A stretch of DNA of 64,000 nt from Penicillus capitatus (lineage: Eukaryota > Plantae > Chlorophyta), in NCBI GenBank assembly GCA_965649825.1, contig OZ287705.1:248001-312000 (forward strand), written 5' to 3'. The notes under the pieces were generated by a model. It was not told the origin of the DNA, did not search any database, and saw only the letters and a program-made list of their open reading frames with translations. Numbering within the stretch: position 1 is the stretch's first letter; every line of letters begins with the position of its first letter. The translations under genes and the position numbers were made by a program. This document shows, piece after piece, positions 1-12,726 of the stretch.

Positions 1-493
1 TCTTCAAAATCCGTCTTGATTTATGATTACACACGTTTTGCCTTTGAACGTGTGCCACTTGTTCCATCAAACATCATTGCTGTTAGATTCTCTCCAGCTG
101 TCTGTGCGCGCCGTTCGTTTTCTTCGCGTCGCAACGGGAAGTGCATTCAAGTGTCTGATGCAGAACTGCTGACTCTTTATGATAAACATCTAATCGGCCT
201 CGCGTCACTGACGACATTGACCATGATGCATAGAGGGCTTATAGGGCTTCAGTACCACGAACAAGAAAACGACACAATACGTACAGGCGCCGACTACTGT
301 TGATGTCATATGCCTTAAGAAATTGAGACAGGCAGCTGTGTCTTTGCCTTTTATCCTACTGCCGGCCAAAAGAGGAACGCCCCTGATGAGGGACCATGTT
401 TTATAAAAAACATATCTGCCAGAAACCAAATAGGAGATCCGATGACGACGTGTCCCCCGTCAGAACAAGGATAAAGAATAACCGTCGCTGCTT

Positions 494-2338
494 CTACGTA
501 TGACGCGATGACTGCGGCTTAGAGAAAGTGATCTTATGCTTGGCAGCGCGATCCCTTAATGCCTCTCTGGCTTGCTGCTGCCTTCTACGTATTTCTTTCT
601 TCGTCACGAGCATCCCCAGCCACTTATACAGGCGTAAACGATTATTGGGATAGATGAGCTTGAAATACAGAGGGTGATGCAGTTCACATTCGAGAAGGAA
701 GCTGTCACTGAGCTGCAGTTGCGTGCAGATCGTCACTTGTACATACTTCTTGTCCGTCAATCCGAAGGTCGGCGAGATGGAGTTCAGTCGATCAGAGGGG
801 ATCCGTTTTGGATCAAACGAGATGAGAGCCGTCGCCGATCCGATCTCGATCGACTGGGCGATATCCAGCGATTGCTCTTCGGCATCTGACACCTTCACAA
901 CGACCGACGCGAATTTCTCGATGGGCAGCGGGACCTGCGGATCCCATGACAGTTGCAGCCGAAGACGGCAGCTCTCGCCAAGTTTTAGCAGGTACACGGG
1001 ATCGTGCTCGAGATAGTCATCGAAGAAAGCGGCCGCCTCATTGGTTGTTCTTTTTTCGAACGGAAGCGAAGGATTGCTTTCTTCAGTAAAAAGCTCGACA
1101 TCGAAATTGATCGTCAGCTTCTCATGAATGTGATGCAGCAAAGACCATCGTTGCAACGACGGATCCAACGCTGGACACAAGTGCCTGAGCGTAAACTGTA
1201 GATAAGCTGTATGTTGGAGGGGAATATGTCTGGGTCGTGGCTGTACTTTGTGGAATGAAGTGAAGGGAGGTTCTATCAATAATGCTGTCGCCGTTTTTCG
1301 CTCTGCTTTATTTTCCAAAAGGCATGCTTGGATGCATCGAAGGGTCTGTTCCTCGAGCGGTGCACCGTGTCCATACAGATCGTTGGCTGAGAGCCATGTC
1401 TGTGGAGCGTCGCTCTCCGTGGACGACGGTGCTTCCGTAAGTTGTCTGTTCAGTAGCTTCTGAATTCCGTCCACGTCCGTAGCAGAGGAACCTACGTACG
1501 ATGCACCGATCGATCGATCGTGATCGGAATCGCGATCGCGATCGAGCAGCGATTACGGGTGAAGACTTCGAACGCGATGACGCCGAGGGCCCATATGTCC
1601 ATCCGAGGCTCCATCCAAATCTGGTCTCGTAGTTTCTGGACCATTTCTGGACGGCGATACGTGCTGCCAACATTCGGTAGGACGCGACAGGCGTCTCCAA
1701 TCGACGTCGCCGCCGAAAGGCTGATGACTTTCCAAGTGAAGTCCCCAGAAAACCACATGATATGCGACGGATGCAGATTGCCGTGAACGATGCCCACATC
1801 GTGCATGGACTGCAGCGCTTCCAAAACCTGAACAGCAGGCCACGATGGCATCTGCCATACGCTCAGAGCTGAACGCACTGAATAGACGACAGACTTCTGT
1901 TCGATCGAAGACATCTGTCGTCCAGACATAAATTCGACAAGTGTGAGGCAGCCCCTTTCTAACACGATAAAGGGAGGCAACCCTTCGATGTCTTCTCTGC
2001 TTTCGATCATGCTGTCGTCGAGGTGTCAGTATCGGAAAACAGAATGCCGGGAGACATGCTTACCTGCAGACGTGAAGACGGGCCTCCCGTAGATCACGAT
2101 GTGCCCGAACGGCGTTTTTGAATTCTTGTGGACGTCCTGGAAAGAATTTGATAAAGACTTCTCGGCCAGTCAACGTGTCCACCGCACATCGACCATGTCC
2201 CATTCCCGCAATCTTCTCCAATTGGATGACATACCTAAAGCAATGCAGATCGTATAGAAGCAAACGGTCGAGATCTCTCTGCCTGTCAGCGATGTAACCG
2301 TCCAGAGGAGTGTCCATGAGGTGCGTGTCGCTGCCCAT
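494..2338 (-). CDS. Pseudokinase A1: protein-kinase-like domain plus C-terminal beta-rich domain; about 6 exons
   Basis: Hand-spliced from ORFs 2060-2338, 1492-2010 and 494-1474. Introns: 2235-2282 (GC-AG, 48 nt), 2012-2063 (GT-AG, 52 nt, joining HVC-S-MIE), an in-frame 51-nt intron before VLEAL, one near 1494-1557, and probably a 51-nt intron near 1197-1247. Kinase motifs VFIKFF, IVLERG, HGNLHPSH, RRPE, DIWALGVIAFE. The HRD Asp is Asn and DFG is SLS. Confidence 0.85.
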
Positions 2339-3752
2339 ATGTCTTGCCTCTATCTTTGAAGATGGATATGGGATGTGATGATGATGGGTGACTGGGAGAT
2401 CATGAGGTGTGTTCCGTCCTACACTGAAGACAGACTCCTTGAGCTGGACCGTTACGGAAGGGCCAATGCCACGCGCCTGTGTTGCTGAACCGTCTGCTTA
2501 TGTGTATGACACGTCGGACTTGCACCGTCCATTTGGGTGGTTATAGATTCATGCCCAGAGGATGCTGTGGGACTCTTATCTGCGCAGTGTCTGTCAGCAC
2601 CGCCAGGCCAAAGGGCGCGTGATAGAGAAAGAAACGCATGAGGCGAAGAAGAAGGTTCGTCAAAGGGACACGAATGCCCGCCGCCTCGTCAGCATACGAC
2701 GACTGTTTTTTCGCGGAGGTCATAAATGGTATGTCTCTCAAGCGGCACGGACACGGCACGCGTTTTGTCACCGAAACGGAGTATGTTCGTTCGCTGACGG
2801 GAATAAGAACGAGGGGGCACCATCGCATGAGCGATAGACCGTTGTCGCAGCTCCTCGTACCGTGATATGGGCTGGTTGGTAGCATCTTAGAATACAATGA
2901 ATGAAACGCGTGTGTCGTCGTTCTCGACGCAGGAACGACCTGCGATACGATTTCTGAAAGCGTTCGTTTACCAAGAACGCAGAAGGAACAATGCAACCGC
3001 ACGCCAGGTGGCCGCGCTTGGCGTTTATGCTATTGGCGTCAGCGTATCGTTTTTTAGAACCGTTCATAGGCGGCGCACGAAGTTCATTACGAGGAGGGAC
3101 GCCGACGACAGGCTTACGTCGACCCGACTCGCCTGCTTTCGTGCGCGACAGCTCATGTCGACGTATGGGACAAGGGCCTCGCGTCTCCAGTTATCGCATT
3201 GGTACAACGCCTTTGCGCGACCACTTTCTTACCCAGCACGCTGAGATCAGGACAAGCCATGATATGATCATGAAGAGCTAGCTGTATTGTTACATGATCC
3301 CCAGAGCAGTCCATGTTACTTGTTCTTTACCATAAGGAAATCAGACAACGGATATCGTATACAGCCAAATGCCCTTCCCTATCGAAAGACAAATAACAGA
3401 ACGCGGAATTCAGGTGAATGCGTTTTCATCCACAGTCAATTGTCGAACGCTCTTTCTAGTGAAGGCTGCCTGCCTCATGGAAGTCACGGTCTAGGTGGGT
3501 GGTGGTTTCATCAAGCCTAGCACTGCCTCCGTCATTCCTAAGCGTGTCCATGTATGAAAAGATGGAAATACCGCCTCATTGATTTGTAAGCTTTCACCCC
3601 CTTTGACAAACGTAACGCTGATAAATCGCCAAATCTTCACGGGAACAAGGTAAGAGTGATCGGGTTTCATGATCGTCGAATGCCGGCATGCGATACGGAT
3701 ACGTATCTCTGCACATTCGATGCACATTCAACCGCTCATTTTTCAGCGACTC

Positions 3753-5063
3753 TCATGGAATGTTGGACGAATGTCTCGTCAATAGGCGTTTTAAAAAGGT
3801 ACATGCAGATGTCTTCCGTTTACGTAGCATGCGTATTGCAGTTCGAAAAGATTGGGGGAAGCACTCGCAAAAGAACTGCAAACGCGAGCGTCGTGGATGT
3901 CCCGCGCAACTGCTCGGTGAAGGTATCGATACAATGTGTACGAGCATGCGCGAATTTTGGAGGAAAGGACCCATTGAGGAGGGCTCATCCCTCTGATAGG
4001 TAACTGTGTTACGATCGGCGTCGAACGTCGTCATCGCCCCATCGACGACGATCGCTCCATCGATATCAAGATTCGCTGCGATTGAGCTGACCCACGTGCG
4101 AATCCAGTTATCGATCGACGTGTATTCGACGACATGCGGGGGAGGTCTTAGCAGGGCGACAAGGAAAAGACGGCCGTCGATTAGGTGGATCCGACCTCCG
4201 TCTAGCCGCTGGTAGACGTCAGCCTTCGGCAGACCATTCCAGGGAGACTGGAAGAGACCGTCGAGAGCGTGGCAGTGCGGATGACGCACCAACAGAACGT
4301 AGCTGCACGCGATGTTTATCCCATCTCGGTGTCTTCCTTCAATCACATTGTCCAGGTTACGCTGAGACATAGCAGTTCTGTTCTTTGGCGCGTTCTAAGA
4401 GACACAGACCGTACTTGCGTCAGACGATCTTTAACTGACTTCCCGTCGAAAGGACCTACTTTTCTGAAGAAGGTCGAAGTACACTCGTCGTTAAAGTCGG
4501 CAACGGAAGTTTGAAGAATAGAAACTGAGAAAAGCCAACAAGATGCGGTCAGAAGAAAGATTTTTTTGGGAAAAGAAAACGCGTTCAAATAGCAGAGCAA
4601 AGAACCGTCCGTAAGTACTTCGGTACTCGATGCGGCAGTCCATGGCAGCGTTTCTTTGTAGCTATTGGGCAACATGATTCGTATCGCCACCGTACGTCGT
4701 ATTGCAGAACACGTGGCTTGTATCCCTGATATCCAGTTTTGCACGTCGACCCGTCCCTTGGGTCATTTGTCAAGCTATTGGACCAGCGATGCCGTGCTCA
4801 AGAATGATATTCTTTGTCACGGTCACGGCAGCTCAGGATAGACGATAGAGATGGAATGGAGGAGAGCACAGGGCGAAGAACCGTGTCGGAAAGTGGACAG
4901 CAACAACGCGTTCGTTGCGCCCCGAACGTGTACCGAACGTCAAACCGTTGACGCCAGCAAAGACAGGGTCGTTTGCCTGTCTACCGCAAAAAAGACGATA
5001 CGAAGGTTCGCCGTTGGATGACGTCAGGCGCCGTCGATCGTCGATCGGTACGATGCGAAGCAT
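3753..5063 (-). CDS. Probable multi-exon hypothetical protein gene; boundaries approximate
   Basis: ORFs 4833-5066, 4343-4744 and 3753-4370 lie collinear on the minus strand. A plausible GT-AG intron joins KDRLTQ to RNLDNVIEG. No family recognised. Confidence 0.35.
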
Positions 5064-5624
5064 CAACGCCTCTGCGGTGTCGCGGGAGAATCGCCCAATC
5101 GATGGGCGTTTTGCAAGGAGAGTGCATCTTTCACACCATACGTGGCGTACAGTACATGTTGTTGGTCGTCTTTGTGTTTCTTGCCGAAAGGTATCTCCTC
5201 ACATCAATCAATGACACGGCCATATCTGCCACCCCTTTCTGATATAACACCCATCCGATCGCCGCGGACGCCGCCATTGTGGCCTCCGCGTTCCGATCGT
5301 TGCTCAAATGGTTTTGGCTTCGGAAAAATGCTAATGGTCAGTAGGTACGTACGTAGGTAGGTAGGTACACAATGAACATGCGGACGACAGAAAAGAGACA
5401 AAACCAACGCATCACTTCATTATATACGTATCGATCGATGATCGATCGACGCGCAATTACGAAAAACAGAAAGGTGTTTTGAAGGGCAAGCTCAGTCACG
5501 CACATCGATTTCGTAGCTAACGAACATCACAGACAACGAAAAACCCCCTGTTGCTAGTCCCAGACAGATTCCGTTCCAGAAGCGTTTTTTCGAGGACGTC
5601 GGAATGAAAACAGACAAAGAATGT

Positions 5625-7458
5625 TCATTTCTGATCAAGGGAACGACGCAGAGCTTCGTCGTGTTTGACCATACCCATAAATCTGTGCAGTCTCAGTTTG
5701 TTGCTCGGAGCGATCATCTTGCAGTAGATAGCCTTGTGGAACTCAAGGTCACGAGACACCGGTTTTCCGAAAAGGAGTTTGATACCCACCTCCAATCGCA
5801 CGTACTTTTCTTCGATCGCTCCCCAGTGCGTCGAGATCATCTGCAGTCGCTTCGATCCGAGTGTCGACGGTTGGAATAACGCCGATGCGACGATCTGATC
5901 GTCTTGACTGTGCTGCTTGACAGCGAGTGCAACAGCATCGCTGTCCGGCGGCTTTACTGATACGGAGAGGATTCTCTCAACGACGAGGCCGGATGCCGAA
6001 TCCGGTACCACTCGGATGCGAAATCGATACGTGTGACCGACGTTGATATAGTGGACAGGATGCAGCGGCAGATCGCTATCTCGATAGGCCCAGGAAGGTT
6101 TGCCCATTTGCTGATCGAACGGCAGATTCCCGCCCGTCCCTTTCGGCAGATACTCCACATCGATGCCGAACTGCAATCGATCGGCGATGCCAACCGTCCA
6201 GACCCAATCGGGCATCTCGGCCTCGTTCGGCTCTTCCAATACGCCAACGGGACTCTGCTGGAAATGAGCTGTCGGATAGGGGATCCGTGCAGAAGGGGCT
6301 TACGTTCTCTTGACTGTCCATGCGTTGATAGAGATCCATAGCCGATCGAAAGAGAGGATCGCCCAAGGCATCGGCGGCCGTTCGCCTTTCGTCGGGATTC
6401 TCGTGGAGGAACGTCTGGATGAATCGGAGGTTATACTCTTCGACGTTTCCGCTGAATATGCGTCCGCGTGGATTGGCCGATAGCCATCTCTGTACCGTCC
6501 CGTCTGCATCGGCCGACGTCTGCTGCAGTCTTCTCTCCATATACTCCAAGATGCCGACGGAATTGATGACGGCGGAACCTGCGCGAGCAAACAGAAATCG
6601 GATCGGAGATGCGGAGCGAAAACGCACAGGTCAAGATCTCGAAGGCGATGATGCCGTAGGACCACATATCTGCGGCAGGCGTAAGGTGTACCGCCGGTAT
6701 CTCCGTGTCTTCTCCCTCCTCAGAGCTGTCCGAAGCGGCATCCTCTGTGTCCTCCTCGGACTGCTCGACGTTTGGCTGCTGCGCGCTTTGGACGGCGTAC
6801 TCGAGGCCGCCTAGCTTCCACGTGCGCTCCGCTTCGAACCAGAGGATGTTGGAGGGCTTGAGATGGCCGTGTGTGATGCCCAAGGAGTGCAAGTAATGGA
6901 GGGACTCGAGGACCTAAGATGCGTGACACGTTGCCGGTCCTATCCGTGCAGAGTGGCGGCGCTACTGAATAGAGAAGGGCTTTCTGATCCATCGGTGTCA
7001 TCGACTGACGCTTCATTCGGTGCGAGAGATCGTCCTCTCCTCGCTCAAAGATCAGACACGGCGGAAAGCCATGGATGTTTTCGATGCTCTCCAGCAATCT
7101 GCGCATAAAACACGTGAGCAGCCGCCGGCCATCGATGACGCTGCACGCACCTGCTGACAAACTTGTTCTCGGGCTCCAGCGCTCGGTGGATCTTGAGAGC
7201 GTTTGCGAATTCGGCAGATTCCCGGCGAAAGAATTTGAGAAAGACGCGCTGACCCGTTCGCTCGTTGATTGCATAACGACACTGTGGCTTTCCTTGGATT
7301 CTCTCAGACTCGATCTTGTACCTGCCAGCAACGGTGTGCCTCGCTGAGAGGCGATGGGGGTGGTGGTACCTTCCGGCGAACAAGACACCCTCCTTGAACG
7401 AGCACAACTGCATATAGAACTCCATGCTGCGCGCATCCTTCTCATCGAGGGATGGCAT
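5625..7458 (-). CDS. Pseudokinase A2 plus C-terminal beta-rich domain
   Basis: ORFs 7045-7458, 6720-7445, 6431-6892, 6076-6627 and 5625-6239 join through GT-AG introns of about 46-52 nt, mostly at the same positions as in A1. Motifs VFLKFF, LIFERG, HGHLKPSNILW, WKLGGLEYA, DMWSYGIIAFE, ENPDERRTA. Confidence 0.85.
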
Positions 7459-7841
7459 CGTTGCTCGTGCTGCCTGTGATACAGGTGATGTGACAGGTCA
7501 AAGGCAGAGGGGGTGCTTAGCTGCTTACCAACATCGGCGGCAAACTGATGGTGCGCATCGGCGGTGGTGCAGACGGTGCATTACGTGACATGGTGTTTCT
7601 CTTGAGATCGTCCTTCTTTTCTGCTCACACATCGGCACGACTGACCCATGTGCCGACCATGACCCATGCCGTACTTAATGAGAATGAACCAAAGGCGTGG
7701 GCAGGGATCGATGAAGGCGGTCTCAGCATTCGAACGGAGACGGTTTTTCGCGAGTGCGAGGACTGCGATGCTTGCTGTCGTGGTTTGCCAGCCGATCGAC
7801 GGGAAAGGCGTTTCTGCGACATCGTACCGCTGCGAAACAGT

Positions 7842-9245
7842 TTAAAGCGTCCGCTCTTCGTCTCCAGCGACTGGTAATCCATCAGCCGACTCTCGCCGCC
7901 TTTGACAGAGGATGATGGTCCGAGGTGGTCGCACACCAATCGGCGCCACGACTTCGACGTTTCCATTTGCGAAGCGCTGGGTCAGCGAGGAGGACGAGCC
8001 TAAGGGGACAGGACCGTTCAGCGGTGTCTTTTTCGCTGTCTTGTTGACTGCCTCGAAAATCGGAGGCTGCGCTGTGGCGTCGTACCGTAATGGAAGGTGG
8101 GAGTGTGGGTCACTCTTTTTTTGTCTGAGGTCACGGGTCAGAATGGAACACGTTCTGCGCGAATAAAGTAGGCTCTTGCGCGAAAAATCGTACCTCACCA
8201 ATGACGGTATCATGCAGACAGCATTTGGAGGATGCTAAAATGTCTCCCGCTGCATCGTTAATGACATTTTCATCATGAAGTTCCTAAAAGATCGGTATCT
8301 GACGCATATCGGCTCGATATCTTCGTTAACGGCCGCCAGCTGTGTCGCTCGGCAGAAACGGATAGACGTGGCTGTGCGTTCGTTCGCTGTGAATCAGGCA
8401 TACCGGTGATGAGCATCTCCCTCTGTTCTCGAAGCACTGAGCTGTTCAAGCACGGTGGTCTCGAAGCACAGGAGAAAGGCACTTGTGCAAGAGCCATCCA
8501 TAGGCGTGGACGACGTTGTGTGTGACGGCGACAGTCCATCTCGCCTGCCACTTCCTGTGTTCTGTGGGATCGTCCTGTGTCATGATACACTCCATGAACG
8601 CAGACCTCCATTTCCAGGAAGGGAGGTCGGATGGGAAGCGGGGTTCCATCAGCAGCTCTTGGGAAAATGTGGCCTGTAGACATCCGTTGCCCGATTTGTC
8701 GGTGGAGTGCCCATCATGCGATGACGCGTGACGATCGCTTGCGATGTGACGTGCCATCGACAGAAGCTCATGGCTGAGATACACGCTCGTCCCGGCTGAT
8801 CTTGTCACGTATCCTTCCATGGCATATATCCGGACGCCCTTTCAGCGTCTGCGTAACACGAGATAACAGACACATCACTCAAAGGCAACTCCATGTTGCC
8901 TGTCACGTTGCCTCTGGGATCGATCCGGTCGGGTAGAGGGACGGACTGCATGCGAAATCGGATGTCCGATAAGCTTGCATGTGTACGATTGCCCGTTGTC
9001 CGTCGTAAACAAGGCTTGTCCTTCGCACGAGTATTTTTTCGATCCGAAAACGTGCTTTTCGTATGCGATATCCGCGCGCGTCGATCGCATCCGAAACCGA
9101 TCACGATACGCTTTATCGTCTTCTTCGCCATCGTTAGTCTCCCATTCGCTCGCCAGACACGCGGCAAATTATCTGTCGTACTCGCACGCCGCTTGCGGAC
9201 CACGGTTTCACCTACTCGAAACGCGCCGCACTGCTTCCTTACCAA
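7842..9245 (-). CDS. Possible multi-exon hypothetical protein gene, divergent from A3; boundaries approximate
   Basis: Exon-like ORF segments MQSVPLPDRIDPRG...GYMPWKDT (8805-8950), ATFSQELLMEP...WLLHK (8460-8680) and 7842-8213, with GT/AG-like borders. No family recognised. Confidence 0.3.
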
Positions 9246-9379
9246 TCTCTTCCTCGGACGTCCACGTCTTAAGCACAGAGCAGACGCTCAGACATGTTCC
9301 ATAAGAAACAGATTCCCGTCGTTTTCGTGAATTTCGTCCTTCCTTCCTTCTGTCGCCCTTGTTTCCCTAATCTTTAGTC

Positions 9380-11761
9380 ATGCGGCGACCTCTCTGCTCG
9401 ATTTCTGTTTCCTCTCGTGCCATCGACGGCACCGAAAAGAACAAGGCATCTGCTTACAGAGTTTCGACCCCTGCGAAGAACGCCGATGCGACAGGCGCGG
9501 CGCCGTCTCCGACGACAGCAACGCGAGACGCCGTCGGCTCGAACGGCGCCACGTCGACGGCTTCCCGTCGGCCATCGTCTGACCCATCAGCTGACCCGCG
9601 CGTCGCTCGGCCAGGAACACGGGAAACGATTCTTGGCCGCGTCTCAAGACAGTTACGGCGGCGACGTATTTTCCGTTTCGGCGTTGAAACTCAGGAGAGC
9701 GCGTCGGAACTGAGACCTGCTGTCGACCGCAACCTGTCGAACCGGACGCAGTACGTCTCCTTCTCATCACTTCGTCGTACGTCTGTCGACCGATCATCTC
9801 CCATCGAACGAAGCTTGACATCTTGGTCGTGGACAGGAAATCGGAGCCAGGGAAGCATCGCCTGCTCTTCCTTGGCTGAACGCAGAACGTGTTCTGCTGG
9901 ACGAGTCACATCATCCTGCGCCAGTTTCTATTCAGTCAATGAAGACGACGCCCCCTTCGTTTACGAAAGGGATACGCACGGCTCGACCTCGCAGACACCG
10001 GAAACGCAGAGAAACGATCGCCTGATAGCTGATAGGTACGCCCACGCTCACCTCTGTCCGTAAAAGCGAACGGGAGAACTAACGGCCAATGGTCAACGCA
10101 GATTCGAGGTGGAGAGCGATACGATTCCGGGAAAACCGTACTGCCACTACGGTCGAGATACCCAAACGAACAGAAAAGTATGGATCCAGTTTCGGCCCGA
10201 TCGCACGATCGATGGCCATCGCGATGTCGAGATGCATCGACGGCTCGAAGGCAACAACCACATCTGCAGGCAAACCACCCGTAACGCAAATTGAGTGCCT
10301 GACATCGTCCGTTGATCAGAATGATCCATTGTGCTGACAGCGACAGCCGCCAGCCTGCGTGCGTGGTCTTCGAGGCTGGAGATTACACCCTGACAGACAT
10401 ACTCGCACACGACGCACTGCACCACCCATTCCACCAGCGCGTTGCTCTCCGTGACGTAAGGCGACCGTCACGTGTGTAGGCATCTCAGTTGGACTTGTTT
10501 GCCAGGTGGCCGAGGCGCTTGAGTCGATGCACGAGCAGGGGATCGTGCACGGTGATCTGACTCCTTCGAATGTGGCGTGGTTCTCATCGGACTTCCGTTG
10601 GAAGCTGACCGGTTTGGAACACGCGTGTTGCGCTGGCGAAGAAGCTTCTTTGCCGTGCGCCGACAGTAAGTATGTGGCGCCAGAAATCCGACAAGCGCGG
10701 TGCGACGGTCGATCATCTTGCCGTCGCGAAACGTCCGAAGACATGTGGTCCTTCGGCATCATTGCTTCGGAGGTCTTCAAAGGTACGCCGCTCTCTTTTC
10801 TCCGCCGCCGTTCTTGACAGCACTGTCTACAGTTGTGACGTTAGCAGACGTCCCTGGCGGTATCGATCATCTGCACCAGACGTCACATCAAGTGACGCAT
10901 CCGTTGCGGCGAGAAGAGACGCAAAAATATCTTTCGGTCAATCCGCGTGGCAGAGAGCATGCGTGCGAAGACGCGCAGGCATTGAGATTCGTCCGATCCG
11001 TTCTCCATCTGCGTCCTGAAAGCCGACTGACGGCGACGCAGTCTCTCGAGAACAGCATCTTTCACTGCGCCGCCGATTTCTCCGCTCGTGCTGAGAAACA
11101 AGAATCTATTAGCCCAATACAGGAGGCGCTGATGAAGGCCACGATCGCCGCCAATGTGAAACTCTCTGTCGCTCTTTGGCGCTGCGAGATGCAGACAGAT
11201 CGCGATGCTCTGCGCCGACTGAGCAAGAGGAAAGGAAAAGAGGTGCCGTCGATTCACGACGAGTACTTGTCAAAGGAGCGTCCAGTCCATCTGCTGAGAA
11301 TCGGCGAGACCTACTGTCTGCGTCTTCGCATAGAGAGCAGGAATGGTTTCTCTGTGACGTTCGACGACGTCATCGGCATTTCTGTCCGGCCGCCAGACGC
11401 AGATGCCCATCCCCTAAACGCCGATCAACTCGAGTCTGGCGACAGTGTCGAGGCCTTCGCTTTGTGGCCTCTGGCGGAGTGCGACTCCGACAAACTCAAT
11501 TCCGTTTCTCCTCGCTTCGGAACACCGCAGCGCAAGTATACAGAAATCAAAGTCGCGGTGCAGGTGCGCGTCAGGGAGCCGCCATTGGAGATCTGTCTCG
11601 AAGAGAAGATCCACTGTCGAATGATGGATTCCGAAAGACACCTGAGCTGCTATCGACTCTATCGGAAAATCAAGGGAGCCTGGATCGCCTTACCGCCAAT
11701 CAGTCGCAGTTTTACGCGCTGCTTTGTCTCGGCGGCCGAGATCGCGGCAGGAGCCGCCTGA
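9380..11761 (+). CDS. Pseudokinase A3 with long Ser/Thr/Arg-rich N-terminal extension and C-terminal beta-rich domain
   Basis: ORF 9380-10063 splices after LIADR to FEVESDTIPGKPYC. A 50-nt GC-AG intron (10270-10319) gives ICR-MIHC, then the frame continues through 10506-10817 and 10700-11761. Motifs VWIQF (beta3 Lys to Gln), HGDLTPSN, WKLTGLEH, YVAPE, DMWSFGIIASE. Confidence 0.82.
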
Positions 11762-12726
11762 GCGCCGATCTCTGGAACAACAGCCAAATGCATTTCTGTA
11801 CCGATGACGAATCATTGAAATTCCTAATAGAGGAATGGATATACAAGATCAATCTTTCCTAATAAAATCTGCAGAGGCCATTCAAGAACTTCGCCGAGAA
11901 GAGGCGAATCGAGCGTGTTCTGTTGGATGGACAGTTTTTTGCTGGAAGCTTCGCAGGCAGGATGCCTTAAACTATACCCCAGCGACGATTCTTTACCGAA
12001 CTGTACTTAAGTATGCGCCTTTGGCGTGCAGAACGTTTCATTTCGTTAATAAAGTCGTCAACTTTATATGGACGGATTGTACTTGTTATCTCGAACCCAT
12101 AAGAATCACTCTTCTTTCATGTTCGCACTTAATTTGCAAAAAAACTCGCAAACATGAGCCACTATCTGCAGAAGTCTGCATTTTTGAACGAATGATTGAT
12201 GGTAGATCTGAGGAATGATCAAGAAGAGGAGACTGTGAGAACGTTGAAAATATATTGTCATCGATAACACTTTAAGACAGAAACGCCGCCGGCGGCGCCA
12301 TACCTATCTTGTTCTCGCGACGGTCCGTCTTCTCAACGGTCAACGGCATTTGAATTGGAATCGTCGTGACAAACGAAGCCGAGAGAACCGATGCGCGTGT
12401 GCAGCCGTCAAATAGAAACCGCTTTTCCGTTTGGCATCTCGTAAGAGATCGAACCGTTAGAAAGGAAAACGCATACGGCGTTCTTGAGGGAACGCTCTTT
12501 GAATGCAAGCGCCGAACGTGTGCTTCGTACGAACGGTAAGTATTTAGGTCTCATTTGAGAGGAACGATTTCATTTGACACAAAGGTTCTCGCCGAAGTTC
12601 CAAAACGGTAAGTGCGTCCTCCAAATCTGTATGCGCCTAAGCGACTGAACCACGTACGCCAAACGGAGAAGTTGAAAACCGCTACTGTGAGAACGTAATC
12701 CCAAATTGAACGACCCTTCAACAGTC

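Noticed and set aside
3990-4330. DGA (DIDGAIVVDG) and RHR motifs suggesting a diadenylate cyclase (DisA_N)
   Set aside because: In DAC domains DGA precedes RHR; here the order is reversed and the spacing is wrong.
5341-5368. GTAG/GTAC microsatellite
   Set aside because: A short simple repeat in intergenic DNA with no further structure.
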